Shown here: in pieces, positions 43,861 to 57,673 of the stretch
Layout: every line of letters begins with the position of its first letter
How positions within the stretch are numbered: position 1 is the stretch's first letter
Assembly (NCBI GenBank): GCA_964016885.1
Contig: OZ024743.1
Coordinates: 102,548,001 to 102,612,000, forward strand
Source of the DNA: Eledone cirrhosa
Taxonomy: Eukaryota
Length of the DNA stretch: 64,000 nt
Direction of reading: 5' to 3'
Position numbers and translations under genes: made by a program
The notes under the pieces: model-generated
Told to the model about the DNA's origin: nothing
The model's database searches: none
What the model saw: only the letters and a program-made list of their open reading frames with translations

Positions 43861-44962
43861 ATAAAGAAAAAAAGATGAAATCGAAAATGCAACTGGAGTC
43901 TTATTTTTTTTAAAATATATATATTTATTTGGTTCCTTTACCAGTTTCGCAGTTCTTCTGCTTTTCAAAAGTAGAGTTGAGATGGAGGGTCTGTGGTTTT
44001 TCTCACATCTGGTTAGACTTTGAATGTTACTTGCTTTATATGGAAAAAAGTGGCCCGAAACGTCAGGTCTATAGAGAAGTAATTTGATTGGTTGGTCAAT
44101 AATTATAATAAATTTCGTGCCAGTTCGCGTTACAAAGTTCTTCAAACAAGGGGGCGGGCTCAGGTTGTATTTTTCATATATGAGTGTTTGAATTTCTTTT
44201 TACTTAAAAAAAGTGGCTCACGAAGGCTTTTTTTTTAATAAACGTAATTTGATTGGTTATAAATGAAATTATGGCTGTCACGTGAACAAGTTTTCATTAA
44301 ATATCGCGCCCTTATTTGGAAATCTATTCTGTAGCCTTTTTAGAGAATTTTATGACAAGCAAAAGATAATGGTCAAGAGAAATGGGATGGGAGAATTGTT
44401 CTGGTTCAGTGAATATGGTTAGTTCGCTGGGATGTCAGAATTCAGATTTTCTATTGAAATAAAGAAAGTAAAGATATGTATGTTTATTTGTGTGCTTGTG
44501 TGTGTGTATTGGAAGATGATTCTATTAGTAGAAATGGGGGAAGGAGTTATGTGTGTATATATATGGGTGTTATGGGTGTGTGTGTGTCTGTGTGTGTGGG
44601 AGTATGTTAAGATGGAGAGAATATATATATTGTGTGTGTGTGTATATATGAAAAAACAACCTGATCCCCCACCCCTTGTTTGAAGATCTTTGTAACGCGA
44701 ACTGGCGCGACATTTATTATAATTATTGACCAACCAATCAAATTACTTCTCTAAAAACCTGCGTTTCCAGCGACTTTTTTCCATATAAAACAAGTAACAT
44801 TCAAAGACCAACCAGATGTGAGAAAAACCACAGATCCTCCATCTCAACTCTACTTTTGAAAAGCAGAAGAACTGCGAAACCGGTAAAGGAACCAAATAAA
44901 TATATCTTTTTTTTTTTAACTACGACTCCAGTTGCATTTTCGATTTCATCTTTTTTTCTTTA
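43861..44962. repeat. Inverted repeat, ~320-bp arms (43861-44181 / 44645-44962)
   Basis: Arms align as reverse complements. Each has a decayed HHR-like motif ctt-TTGAAAA-gcag aagaa ctgc-GAAA-c(c/t)gg-TA-aag. Confidence 0.85.
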
Positions 44963-45157
44963 TATATATATATATATATATAATGGAGTTTTGTAGCTTG
45001 CTTGAAGCAATGTTAAATAGGAAACAGAGATTTAAGTAATTTTGAAAACTAAAACAATGCGTTAGGAAGAACAGAAAATCGCCAAGATAATAAAATAATC
45101 TTAGCTTAGCAAATTTAACGATCCTAACGCAAATGTTTGGTTTTCAAAATTACTTTG

Positions 45158-45211
<54 letters not shown>

Positions 45212-45217
<6 letters not shown>

Positions 45218-45637
45218 CGTAGTTTAGAAAGCCACAACAATGCAGATGGGAAATCTCGAGGTAGGAAGTGAATGATAGATAGGAGAAATAGGAGAAAGTG
45301 AAAATTGAGAGAGACAAAGATGAAAACAAAACAAAGGTAGAAGGGTTACCGTAGTGGAGATTTAAAACAGGAATGCCGTTTTAACGGCATTCCTGTTTTA
45401 ACGACATCACAACTTTCTCCGGCTTAGCATGTTTCCCCCCCTTTTTGGAACTTTCCCCCGTTGATGGGCGTGAGCCCGAAATATTGGGATTAAATCTCCA
45501 CTACGGTAACCCTTCTACCTTTGTTTTGTTTTCATCTTTGTCTCTCTCAATTTTCACTTTCTCCTATTTCTCCTATCTATCATTCACTTCCTACCTCGAG
45601 ATTTCCCATCTGCATTGTTGTGGCTTTCTAAACTACG

Positions 45638-45643
<6 letters not shown>
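45212..45643. repeat. Near-perfect inverted repeat, ~152-bp arms, in (TA)n
   Basis: 45212-45364 is the reverse complement of 45491-45643. The spacer holds a further hairpin (aaaacaggaatgccgtt..aacggcattcctgtttt). Confidence 0.9.
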
Positions 45644-45695
<52 letters not shown>

Positions 45696-45779
45696 CAATA
45701 TATATATATACTGAAGTAAAAGTTAAGTGGAAATATCCAAGAGTAAGAGCACGCAGCCCATAGGACGAGTTTAGTATAA

Positions 45780-45929
45780 ATAATTACAACAGTGACATAA
45801 GCAGGTACTCAAGTTTCGTTGGGTTCTCGGGTCCAATTCATTCAGCCTGTCATGAGGAACATGACAGGCTGAATGAATTGGCGCCAACGAAAGTTGAGTA
45901 CCTGTTTATGACACTGTTGTAATTATATA
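45780..45929. ncRNA. Mirror-image pair of variant type I hammerheads (45802-45850 minus, 45864-45905 plus)
   Basis: acagg-CTGAATGA-attgg..ccaac-GAAA-(c/g)ttgag-TA-cctg in both arms. Confidence 0.7.
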
Positions 45930-45955
45930 AATATATAGGTTATAGATAACGAGGC

Positions 45956-46202
45956 ATCTGTAATGCATCAAACCACAATTTATTAACATATTACATATGT
46001 TTCTCCGTCGTACAGCTCGAGGCAGGATCTGTTACAGATCGAAACTGACTCTCCTTTCGAAGATTCCTCAGATATATCTGACGTATCTGAGGAACCATCG
46101 AATGCGGAGTCAGTTTCGATCTGTAACAGATCCTGCCTCGAGCTGTTCGACGGAGAAACATATGTAATATGTTAATAAATTGTGGTTTGATGCATTACTG
46201 AT
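45956..46202. ncRNA. Mirror-image pair of type I hammerheads with long helix II (45986-46077 minus, 46081-46172 plus)
   Basis: acgtat (or atatat)-CTGAGGA-(~61 nt)-GAAA-catatg-TA-atatgt. Palindromic helix III. Confidence 0.75.
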
Positions 46203-46315
46203 TCTCCGTTGTCTGTAAATAACATACTCTTCTCGGTGCGGGCACCAAATGCTCAACCGTCATACAGTCTACGGACGCATTTACCTGCAATCCTACAACA
46301 TATATTTATATATAC

Positions 46316-46535
<220 letters not shown>

Positions 46536-46960
46536 TATATATATGTATATATGTATATGAACATAATCACCCGAGGATATCGAAGCAGGCCTCCACCGCA
46601 TGCCAGGCGACCGTGTTATACATACACCAAAAGGAGTCCTGTCACTTTTTACCTTAATTTAATATCATTCGGCTAGGATGTTAGAATGCAAGCAATGAGA
46701 TGTTTAAGGAGAATTTAGTAAGATTGAAATGTAAGCGTATGTATTGCTTTAGCAAAGGATACTACAACGCAAGTAAGCATAAGTTAGTGGAATAAATTCG
46801 GGGATATAAACCACTGCGAAAGAAAATATTTCACATAATTATCTGTAGGAATCGAGAAATGTTGGAAATGTATGAGGATTTGAATGTTTGGATTAGGGAC
46901 CGTTATTGGGTGTCTTGATAAGTTTGTTAATGTATTTATATACATATGTGTGCATGTATG

Positions 46961-47052
<92 letters not shown>

Positions 47053-47960
47053 AAACCCCGCTTTTACACAACTAACTCATATTAACCTAGAATACTATAT
47101 CTTATCGCCATCTTCTTTTTGTTATGCTGATCCCAATATTTTCGTGTATGGGATTAAAACCACTGTTCTAGCAGATTGAATGACAATTGAGAAACACCCT
47201 CTATTTTTCATAATTTTCCGTTGTTTACTGCTGGTTAAATAAATTGGATCTATGCATTAGTACAATATCTCAGGTATTGTATAATTTGAGGACAGCGATT
47301 TTTGAGCGCGCATTCATGTGAATGGGAATTGTTACAGTTGGGAATGTGTATTGGTTATACAGACAGCTAATAAGAACTTTTTTGCTGAGTATGTGTCAGT
47401 TGACACTATTCGCTATATATAGAACATCTAGCTTTCATGACAGAAAATACATTTCGACATCACATGTACAACATATACTATCAAGGTCTTGTCAAATTGT
47501 ATACCATGTTCATTTTGTCAAAGTAACATGAGATAAAGGTGTGTAAGCATCGATTATTGTACCGAAGTTGACACAGCCAATTTTTAACATATAAGACAAC
47601 CGCTGTCATCCGAACATCTCTCTGTATCTCTGACTCCAATAGTTTGTTTGTTCTAGAATTCTAGAATGCAAAGAAAAAATCGAAAACATTCTAATCAATT
47701 GAACCTCGTTGCATTATAGAAGTAACGTGCTTGTTCATCTCTCTTTATTTGAAATGTTGTTAGGTATACGACTAGTAATTCAGTAGACTTATGCTTCACG
47801 TTGTTCCAGTCGTGACGATCCCGACTTATTTATTGACATTTATTATCTTGACTGCCTTATTTTACGTTTCATTCATTAAAAGAAGTGTGAGGGTTATAGG
47901 CTAAGGAACTAGTATTGCAGCAAGTTGGGTAACCATGGTAAAGCATGTTTGATAGCTGAT

Positions 47961-47992
<32 letters not shown>

Positions 47993-47993
47993 G

Positions 47994-48071
<78 letters not shown>

Positions 48072-48100
48072 CGTGTGTTCGTGTGTGTGCGCGGGGATGT

Positions 48101-48132
<32 letters not shown>

Positions 48133-48154
48133 TGTTGTAGTAGTAGTAGAAGCT

Positions 48155-48208
<54 letters not shown>

Positions 48209-48229
48209 GTAGTAGTAGTAGTAGTAGTA

Positions 48230-50080
48230 GGCAGAAACTTGCAGCGGGGCGAGCGGACAGCAGCAGGATCATCAGAGGAAGAACTTCCATCATTTAAGTG
48301 TTTCGGCTGTTGATACTTACTGACACTTTAAGGCAGGTGGGTCCACCTATATCGTGACTTCTAGGTGCCATCCTGATGTTTTCTTCTCAGGCAGGATATG
48401 AGCCTGCTCAATTTTGACCATTCCTGGTTTACACAACTCGAGCAGGAAGATTATCAATAGAAAACATCACATCTATTTTAACTCCAGTCTTCCTATCTTA
48501 TTTCCAGTTCTCATTCCTCGTAAACCATAACCACATTGAAATTTGTCTCAGCTGACTCTGAGATGCATTTGATTGTTGGCCTTCTTTTCGAGATTTGATT
48601 GGCAGCTGACCTTGTAGTTTGGACATGGAGGACATTGTGACTAATCCTCGTGCACTATCTTCCACTGGTTTATTGTGCATTGATACTGCTCTCTTTTCAA
48701 CTCTCTAGCAATGTATTCGTACTTACTCATCGTGTAATCATGTTGTACATCTACCTGGCTCTCATAGGTGACTGTCAGTTCAATCACGATGACTCTGTCG
48801 GTTGCTTCTGATCATAAGATAGTATCTGGTTTTGTCCATTCTTGCTGGTAAATTCGGGATAATTCTTACGCCAGTCTGAGAGATCGGCAGATATTACCCA
48901 ATCCCCTCTTAGTACAAGAGGTTCTGTCCGAGCACCACTTTATGTTGTGGTATGTTTTCGGATCCACCCTATGTATTCCCATTCCCTTCTATAACGAATG
49001 TTAGGACTGAATCAGCGGTTTCAAGTTCCATCAAGTTCCAAAATGACTGAATCAACACTCCTAGCGCTCTGTTGTGCCTCCATGTGATTCTACCATTGAC
49101 AAGAGCTACTTTACATGAACTTAGTACGTACTCCATTGTTTGTGGATTATTCTTGCACAAAGAGTAACAAGGATCCTCTCCTCTTTGCCCCATTTCACGA
49201 GATTGGTCTACGATGGGAGCAGGTTGTGTGTGACTCGTCTAATGATGCTCACCTTGAGTGGTTCCAGTTGCCATACGTCTTTACATGGAAGCGATCTTTG
49301 CCTCATCCAAATTCGTCCACGGACCGTTTTTGAATTGCTGAATTGTTTTTGTGTACCTCTTTTTGTTCTCTTCATTCCTCACTTCCTGAATAACCAGATC
49401 ACGTCAGTCTTTAACTGTTGCTTTTGACCACTATTCCACATGGCCCGTGCCTAAGCCCTATCTTCTTGTCTTAGTATATCCAGTGACTTCTTTGCAGACA
49501 AATCTTTCTTAAGCATCAGCTGTGGCGTGCTGGACCTTCCACTTACTTCCTGTCTTTAGAGTGTGTGGTGATTCTCTGCCAACTTCGTCTTGGGAGTCTT
49601 CGAGTATCATCACTAGTTTTATTCTTCCAACATTGTACTCTTCTACACTGGATTTGAATGTCAACTTTAATTTAGCCTGTTGGCAACACAGGACAATATC
49701 CGTTAGCCCAGCGGGTACACCGAGCCATTTTGCAGTAAATTTAATAATTTTCCTCCCCATTGCCTCGACTGTATGAGACAAGCAGAGTTGAAAGCAACAT
49801 TGGCTTAAGCATGCGCTGGGGGCAACACAACTTTTCTTTCCCAGGCAATGGGTACAGTCAATCTTCAGACCTTCGATTGCTGTGTTAGCCGTCATATTGG
49901 TATCTTTCATTGAGTTATCGTATCATCTCCCCAGACGCTTCACTGTCTCTTCAGATACTGTTGGGATTCTTTGGTTACCCACATCAAAGCTGGTTCCTAG
50001 TAACACTTTCCCTTTCTTCAGAGAGACTTCTGGACTTCTGTTAAAAGGTCATTCAATACATGTCATTTTGTAATGAAAGA
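48230..50080 (-). mobile_element. 5'-truncated HERO/NeSL-like RLE LINE, disrupted
   Basis: KWLGVP, GSKWKVQHA, CSLCK..TMEYVLSSCKVAL.NGRITWRHN, KPDTIL..RVIVIELTV. Ends in a (TAC)n tail. Confidence 0.8.
48261..48329 (-). ncRNA. Candidate rearranged (non-circularly permuted) hammerhead in LINE 3' UTR
   Basis: aagtgTC-agtaag..cagcc-GAAA-cactt...cttcct-CTGATGA-tcct gctg. All three core strands and their helix partners are present, in non-canonical order. Confidence 0.6.
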
Positions 50081-50726
50081 GTCTCATATAGAATTTATTC
50101 GTCTCCTATATATATATATATTATGTCGAGTCACACTTGAGTGCAACTGGTAACATGTAACCCAGTACAAACTGTCGCATGGGTCATCAACGACTAAACT
50201 AGCAACCCCACCAAGTTTACTTCGTGAGGAGGGTGATTTTCCACACCCTGCAGGACTAAAAACAAAACCTGACAAAGGGCAGAAAAACTCAAAAGAGTCA
50301 ACAGCCATCCAAAGTGTGTAAATATGTATATGCACATGTACATATGTATGTATATGTGTATATACATGGGTGCATGTGTATGCATATGCGCGGGGACATA
50401 GAAAAAGTCGGGCTGAACACCCGGTTAAACCACTGAGAGTGAAGTACCCCTAGCCTTTGTCAGGACATTCTTCTAGGACAAGGCAACTCAGGAAACTGGA
50501 TTAACTCCGATATAAAACCTGCAGCTCAGTAGTTACCGATGATGTTGATCTTTTCTTCTTTTCGGGTTATAGATACTGTCGCTCAGAGAGTAGGATTGGC
50601 TCAGTGCACCGTCTTTCCTCACTTTAAAAACTATATTCACGCACAGGCATTGCACGATAGAATTTATTAATAAGTATTAATAATGGTATAACGTGCAATG
50701 GCCATACTCGATGACGATGGGGCAGT

Positions 50727-50775
<49 letters not shown>

Positions 50776-50858
50776 AAAGGTAAACAGAAATAACAACACA
50801 ATCGGTACAGTGTATGGAAGGTATATATTAGTTTAACGCTTGATATAGCTGGAAGAGG

Positions 50859-50895
50859 GTCTTACCGTTTCAGACGCTAGTCCTTCATCAGAAGA
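50859..50895 (-). ncRNA. Degenerate type I hammerhead
   Basis: tctt-CTGATGA-a ggac tagc gtct-GAAA-cgg-TA-agac. Helix I is out of register by 1 nt. Confidence 0.5.
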
Positions 50896-51102
50896 AAGAA
50901 TGAGAAATAAAATAGATTAAGAGGACGGGCGTGCTGGAATTGGAAAAAATGTTGTTAGATAAAAATAATAGGTCCATTCATGTTGGCATCTCTTGCATAA
51001 CTATTGGTGCTGGCGTTTTGTTTTTTAGAAAAGTGTATGATGGCGCGCGTCCACCGCGTAAACCGTTTTGTAAAAAGAGCTATACTTGAGCACGTGCGTA
51101 AG

Positions 51103-51200
<98 letters not shown>

Positions 51201-51502
51201 TGTGTGTGTGTGTGTTTGTGTGTGTGAATATATATATTTAATGTATGAAGCAAAGAAAATATCACTGATACAAAAAGATTGCCTATTTGAAGTTTAGGTA
51301 AACTTCAGATGTAGATCCAGTTTCAGAGTGAAAGTCCAATTTGAAAATCCAACGAAATATATATATATATATCTATATGTCGAAACGGCTTGAGCTCTGC
51401 CGTCGGGGTCATACTTTTTCCTATTACCCACTCTACTACCGTAAGTATTGAATACTTACTGGTGCGTTATGGTCCATCTGGTTCCTTACCACAATTATTT
51501 CG

Positions 51503-51559
<57 letters not shown>

Positions 51560-52338
51560 AAGAAGATCTTTTTAAATATCATGCAAATTCACACACACAC
51601 GTGTGTATGCACTCACATATACAACGGTGTATACTCACGCACACACAAACAATACAATACTCACAGTCATGAGCAGAATGTTATGGGTTCATGGAGTTTC
51701 TTAATTCCGAAAAAGGTAATACAAGAATCCCTATGAATCACTGTTACTGTGACAATTTAAATAGTCTGACTGTTATTGTTCGTTCCATGCATTCCTTCAA
51801 CGTGGCCTTATTAATCCGTTCATCCATGCTGTCACCCGGGGGAATTATTTTCGCAGTGAGCCAGAGATTTCTATTCATAGTTGTAACCCAATGTTTACGT
51901 AAGGACACTGGGGCTAAAGTACACAACAATGCATTGACACCACTTAAGCATACAACAGCACTGAGTAAATTTCCAAAGAAACCACCTTGGAGAATTGACG
52001 ATTGGCGTGGACGGGCCATGGGGAATAAGTAACGGGACGTGAGGCAAAGTGAGATATTGACTGACATGTTATAAAGAAATAGGAAAAGCTATTCTGTGGG
52101 GGAAAATTGGCATGTATATATATATATATATATAAATAACAGATTAAAGTTTAAGCAAAGAATCGGTGCTTTCACCTTTAACTGGATCTTCTGAAACTAA
52201 AAAAGTCAATCGCGGTTTTTCATTTATTTATCGCAGTTTGTTCTGGAACGTATCACCCGCGATAAACAGGACATTACTGTATATGTATGTATATACACAT
52301 AAATACATACATGCACACACACACACACACACACACAT

Positions 52339-52419
<81 letters not shown>

Positions 52420-53859
52420 ATAAAAAAAAGATTAAGTTCCGTTTACAATCTGCCTGTGCAGGGAGTACTCATATTGGTACTACCACCAGTCACTCAGCGA
52501 ATCACCTTCACTACTCTGGTGTACATTGTGACAGTGTGTGTATTGATCCACCGTCGGTGATGTCGATTAATGTTCCAGTTATTCAAACAACAGAATCATC
52601 TGCTCAGAAAAATTAACGTGAATGCAGCTGAACATTCGACCAACACCCGAGCCCATCACAGAGCTCTCACAGCGATTATGTTAGACACAATGTGAGAATG
52701 CTTGCCATTTGAATTATATATACAACTCATTGAGTTACGGTCCTTTACATTCTGAGTTCAAATCCCGCCTAGATTAGCTTTGCCTTTCATCCTTACGGGG
52801 TCAATAATATAAAGTACCAATAAGCACTTGGGTCGATTCAATCGACTTTCCTCTTCCCCTCAAATTGCAGGCCTTGTCAATTGAATGGATTGAAGCACAT
52901 GAACTATAGTCTCTTGCTTAAAAACACAAAGCACCAACGGGAATCGAAATCGCTACCATACGTTCATAAATTAAACATCTTAAACACTATGTCACACGGC
53001 TTCACAACTATTAGCACTACTATAACGAGCTAGATACAAACAGCACAATTAGACTTCTTATTGTGAAAAGTATTCGATCTTCTACGATGTCTTCTTTTTA
53101 ACTATCATTAATAGGCTGAGAGACATGGCTGTTATTTCAAGTGAATTTAGCGACCCTGTAGAAGGACCCTAACTCTAGCTCGTGACAGGATGGTGTTGTG
53201 GATGGTAAGAAGTGATATTTAGGTTATTATTGTAGAACTTTGGATGTAATAAGGATTCAATCGATAATATTGAAGCTTTTCTATTGTCTCTACGTTTGCC
53301 TCACGGCTATTTTTCAGTTGATATCATTCAGATAGAAGTTGTTAATGGTTGCCTATTATCTCAATTTATCTCACTTCAAGGTTTTCTTCCAAATTAAATA
53401 AACATTTCGAATTGGCAGCAATAATTTCTTTTCAGAACAACATTAACAGTGGTTTCTGCAATTTGTATTTATTTTCAAAACTATTATTTCAAGCAGATAA
53501 AATAAATATTTCGACAACTTTCATAAACATGTATGTTGAATATGCATTGATGATACGAATTTGTTCTTCTTGTAAAGTAAACAATAAGGATGATAGTTTT
53601 TTTTTAATTTGAAATTAAAAAAAAGAAGCTAAATTTAAACCTAGATTGTTCAAAACAAACGTATTGTTATTTCCTATATTCTTTTGATAATAGATATCCT
53701 TAATTAAGGTTGACCTGATTTTCATCAACAAGCTATTAGCATCGTACTTCGGTGAGTGACAGCTAGTTGTGATAAGAAAGATGATGCTCAGATATAATAA
53801 ACAAGAAATACAATGTAATTATTTGTAGAGTACTAAAGCAAACGACGCAGTATCTATAT

Positions 53860-54760
53860 AACATTACACGTTATCTCCTTCAAAATACCACGGTTGGGGA
53901 GACAAATAGTGGTGCGCACGGTTTTTTTATTGATCGTAGCAGTACCATAAGTCATTTTCTGTCAGTGGGCTTAGCTCTTCGCTTACAGTTTTTTGTATGA
54001 TTTTCACAGTCCCAAAATGATGACTCTTCAACTTTGATTTGAACTTAGGGAAGCGGTAGAATTAGACTTTGCTAGATCTGGGCTGTTGGGAAGATGTGGA
54101 AAAGTGGGAGTGTTCTGCATCGCCAGAAATTCTGTAATTAAAAGTGATGTAGGACCAGTCGCGTTATCATGGCAGAGTACCCAATCTCTTCTAATGAGCT
54201 TTCAAACTCACTCCGTTTTCGAAAGCGCTCCAAAACATTTTGTAGAAGGTGCAATTAACTCTCTTTTGTCCTGGAGGTAAACATTCTTTATGAACAATAC
54301 CACGTTTGTCGAAAAAAATGGTAATCATAATTTTCACTCTAGATTTGCATGTTTTTTTCGGACGAGGAGAATATTTCGTGTTTCACTCCTCATTTTACCT
54401 TTTAGTCACTAAGTCATACTTGAACACCCATGATTCATTTCCTGTTATCACTTTACCCGAGAAATTTGGTTCAATTACGACTCTTTCTAGCAAATCCTGT
54501 TGAATTTCCAACTGGTTCGCGTTTTGATCTACAGACAAATATTTGGGCACTAGTTTTGCACAAAGTTTGCGCAAGCGGAAATGGTCAGAAAAAATTATGT
54601 TAACTGCATTTTCATCGAAGCCCGATTCTTCTGCAAGCATTCCAGCGCTTAATCGGTGATATTTCGCCAACAGCGCTCGCACCACTGCTACATTTTGTTC
54701 ATTTGTTGATGAGATCAGCCTTCCAGAACTAGGTTCATCTTCAAGTAAACACAAACTATT
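53860..54760 (-). pseudogene. Mariner-family transposase remnant
   Basis: EDEPSSGR, CAKLVPK (WVPHEL-like), VITGNESWV, and HLPNSPDLAKSNFYRFPK (YSPDLAP-like). Confidence 0.85.
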
Positions 54761-55995
54761 ACTCTACAATCAATCCCAGTCACTTCACATACACACACAC
54801 CACACTATTCCTGAATTAAACTCAAACACATCTTTCAAAACCATATTGCAGCCCTCCCAATAAAACAAAAATCAACTTGATCCAATCTTTTTCTATGCGG
54901 GAATAGAAGAATATGTACATCATTCAGCAATGCGAACTCGTACGCTCAAAGCCGACCGTTGCATCCTTTCATCAAAATAACGCTCACTTTAATTCTGCTG
55001 TTACGATTAACTATTTTTATGTTTTCATGAATTTGAGTTTTTGTACTATCCTTATCATCATCCCCATCAAAATCACAATCATTTTTTATCAACATCAGTA
55101 TCAACATTATCACCATGATCTGTATCATCAGCAGCACAGACATTTACGTCACCAATATCATTTTCATCATCATCATCATCGACTGTCGATTACATTTTGC
55201 ACTTGAGACGTAGAGATGACTTGTTATCCCTCGACTTTATTCAATTACGCTTTCTTCATTTCTTCCTGTTGAACCATCCTCTATGTAACGAAATTAAATC
55301 ATTTACTTTATATTTTTTTCCTTCTTTGCCAATTTTTGTAGTGATGAAATAATTATTCTTATTGCGATATTCATATCTCTCATCATCTGTCCCCAATCAA
55401 CTATTGCACGTGAATCAACATGAATTTAAAGGGATGAAATACACACACGTACACAAGTGCACAGTTGTTGCTGTATGTATACGTGTATGTTTCCTTTCAT
55501 TGCTGCATACAACACATTCATAATTTAGTCACAGTTGTTTCGAAATTCCGAATTTAATTTTAGTTTGGATAATTGGTCTATAATTAGGAACGCTGCATAG
55601 GAAAGCTGGTTAATATAACCTAAATGACACGCAATAGTAATATCAAAATTTGAATAAACTGAACTAAAATATTATACAAAATGTGTTGCCTTGATCAAAT
55701 TTACTTCAATATGAAGGTCTGAGGAATAAAATAAATTCTCAGTAGATATCTAAAAGTAATATCAAATTGTCTTTCCTGCCATGACACTTATATCAAATTT
55801 CAGTGATATGTAAGATCTTAAATTATTGTAGAGAAGTCATTGATTTCATTGAATTTAGTCCACTATTAAAACTTGAGTAGTACACAGTAGATATGCAAAT
55901 CTAATATCAAATGAAATTATCTTTAAAGATCTGAATAAGTTTAGCTCAGTTTTCTATGATACGTAAGAACGAGCTCAATTTATATCATTGATAAC

Positions 55996-56632
55996 TAAAC
56001 GAGCATTATAATAAATGTTCGGTAAACCGATACGTGCATATATATATGTGTGCATGTATGTATATATATACATACTACTGTACGTATGTATACATATATG
56101 TATGTACGTATACATACATACATACTTACATTTAAGTAACTGCCGTACTATGAGTGAGAAATGAAATTTCGTTTCATTCTATTCCATTTATCGTTTTCGG
56201 TGCGCCCGGCCGACTAAATTCACTCGATATGCACATTAGGCTGCTCAGCCGTTAATATGCATAAGGAAAGTATATACTTTCAGACGTTCAACCATATGGC
56301 AGGAAGGTATACGATGCTGACGATAGCTAATAAGCTTGAAACTAGTACATCGTTCCTGTGTCAGTGTTGAACAAAAGGTTGACGTGGTAGCATAAACACT
56401 GTACGGCGTAATTCAGGCTGTTGTTTGTTTACAAACAAACCGAGCATTATAATAAATGTTCGGTAAACCGATACGTGCATATATATATATGTGTGCATGT
56501 ATGTATATATATACATACTACTGTACGTCTGTATACATATATGTATGTACGTATACACACATACATACTTACATTTAAGTAACTGCCGTACTAAGAGCGA
56601 GAAATGAAATTTCGTTTCATTCTATTCCATTT
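55996..56632 (+). repeat. Family B tandem, ~1.45 units (period ~441)
   Basis: 55997-56190 recurs at 56437-56632. HHR at 56311-56353. Confidence 0.88.
56311..56353 (+). ncRNA. Type I hammerhead ribozyme (family B), best-paired copy
   Basis: acgatg-CTGACGA-tagc taataa gctt-GAAA-ctag-TA-catcgt. Perfect 6-bp helix I. Confidence 0.88.
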
Positions 56633-56639
56633 ATATATA

Positions 56640-56681
<42 letters not shown>

Positions 56682-57190
56682 AATCTATACTGATTAATTT
56701 TGATATAATATATAAGTATAATTAGCTAAAGCATAATCAAATACAAGAGATATTCAATTGTTTATGTGAATTGAGTTGATGTCTTATTTGATGTAGCATT
56801 TGAAAACAACGGTTTTTTTATCCCCCTCTATTCGATGTTCCCTTATTTTTCTTTATTTTTCTTTACCCCCCCCCCTGTTCCCTTTTACTTTCCCCAACGC
56901 TTCCCTCTCTTCTGTCGTTATTCCTCTTTTCTTTTTTTATATATTTCTTTTAATTATCATGCATTTACTTGTTTATTCCTTTACCTATTCATGTATTTAT
57001 TTATTTATTTATTTATTGCCTTTCCTCTTCTTTATACCCCCTCTTATATCTCTAATTTGCTCTACGTCCTTTTCTTCTTTAAGTTTATCATATTATTTGT
57101 GGTATAAAAACGTTGAGATTTGATGAAATAAATCACTGCCAATACTGGAATTGACAAGACCGTAGCGGTATGTCATATATCAAATCATAT

Positions 57191-57252
57191 ATTGTGTCTG
57201 ATGAGGTGGTACTGAAAAAACAACACAGTACCTTTGAAATATATATAATAAA

Positions 57253-57254
<2 letters not shown>
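57191..57254 (+). ncRNA. Type I hammerhead (family A), weakened helix I
   Basis: tgtgt-CTGATGA-ggt ggtactg..cagtacc ttt-GAAA-tatata-TA-ataaag. Confidence 0.65.
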
Positions 57255-57329
<75 letters not shown>

Positions 57330-57628
57330 ATAATATAAGATTAAAAGATGGTTAAAAGAGTTCCAAGTATTTTATTATGCGCATTTCAAAAACAAATATC
57401 ATCATGGGATGATATCTGCGTTCTCTACAGATAAAATAGGGATATATGATATGAAGCTTAAAAAACACTTGTGAATAGTGAAGTTTTAAATCAACATATG
57501 TTGAGAACGCAGATATCATCCCATGATCTTATATTATTTATACTTCAGTCCTACAAACTGTAGAGTGCTACTTATCCGATATTTGCATTGCTTTATTGTG
57601 CTACAATAAAACTCACCTCCTGTCTACT

Positions 57629-57669
<41 letters not shown>

Positions 57670-57673
<4 letters not shown>

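Noticed and set aside
51691-52067. Overlapping ~110-aa ORFs on both strands
   Set aside because: No recognisable motif or splice context.
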